Notes under the pieces: generated by a model | The model's database searches: none | What the model was told of the DNA's origin: nothing | Seen by the model: the letters and a program-made list of their open reading frames with translations, nothing else | Assembly (NCBI RefSeq): GCF_009914755.1 | Contig: NC_060925.1 | Reading direction: 5' to 3' (one strand) | Length of the DNA stretch: 64,000 bases | Source of the DNA: the human T2T-CHM13v2.0 reference genome, Homo sapiens | Shown: positions 63,831 through 64,000 of the stretch, piece by piece | Position numbering within the stretch: the stretch's first letter is position 1 | How the letters are laid out: each line of letters starts with the position of its first letter | Program-made: the position numbers and the translations under genes

Positions 63831-64000
63831 TTTCAGCTATTATGTTAAGCAATAGACTTTAATTTCTTCATGATTCTGGAGGCTGGAAGTCCAAGATCAA
63901 GGTGCCAGCAGGGTTGCTATTACCGGGGAGTAAAGAATTGGCACCAGTAATTTAATCTACCACTTCAGCTATTATAGTACCTACAGTGGAGAGCATCATG

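Overview
Human genomic DNA: it carries a human-specific AluYb9 and is Alu/L1/MaLR-rich. There is no CpG island and no long intact protein-coding ORF, and most of the window is nested transposable-element relics. These include a full-length but frameshifted L1PA4/5 (minus strand, ~6.07-12.23 kb), older L1M/L2/MIR fragments, about 18 Alus, several solo LTRs (MST, MLT2A, PABL-like, MER4-group, THE1, MER21, MLT1), a near-complete old MLT1 MaLR provirus, a GGT-rich VNTR and a palindromic AT-rich tract. Unique sequence contains two candidate final exons of an unidentified + strand transcript (~20.9 and ~21.9-22.0 kb), followed by a strong palindromic CTCF motif. Two observations stand out. (1) A provirus has an ERVL-type (MLT2) 5' LTR but a MaLR internal region and an MLT1A 3' LTR, all inside one 5-bp TSD, which may be a fossil of ERVL/MaLR co-packaging. 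(2) There is a recurring set of locally templated insertions, fold-backs and a micro-inversion, some flanked by 41-51 bp target duplications. Repeat family names come from recalled consensus sequences, not from a database search. I see no convincing evidence of a new protein-coding system.
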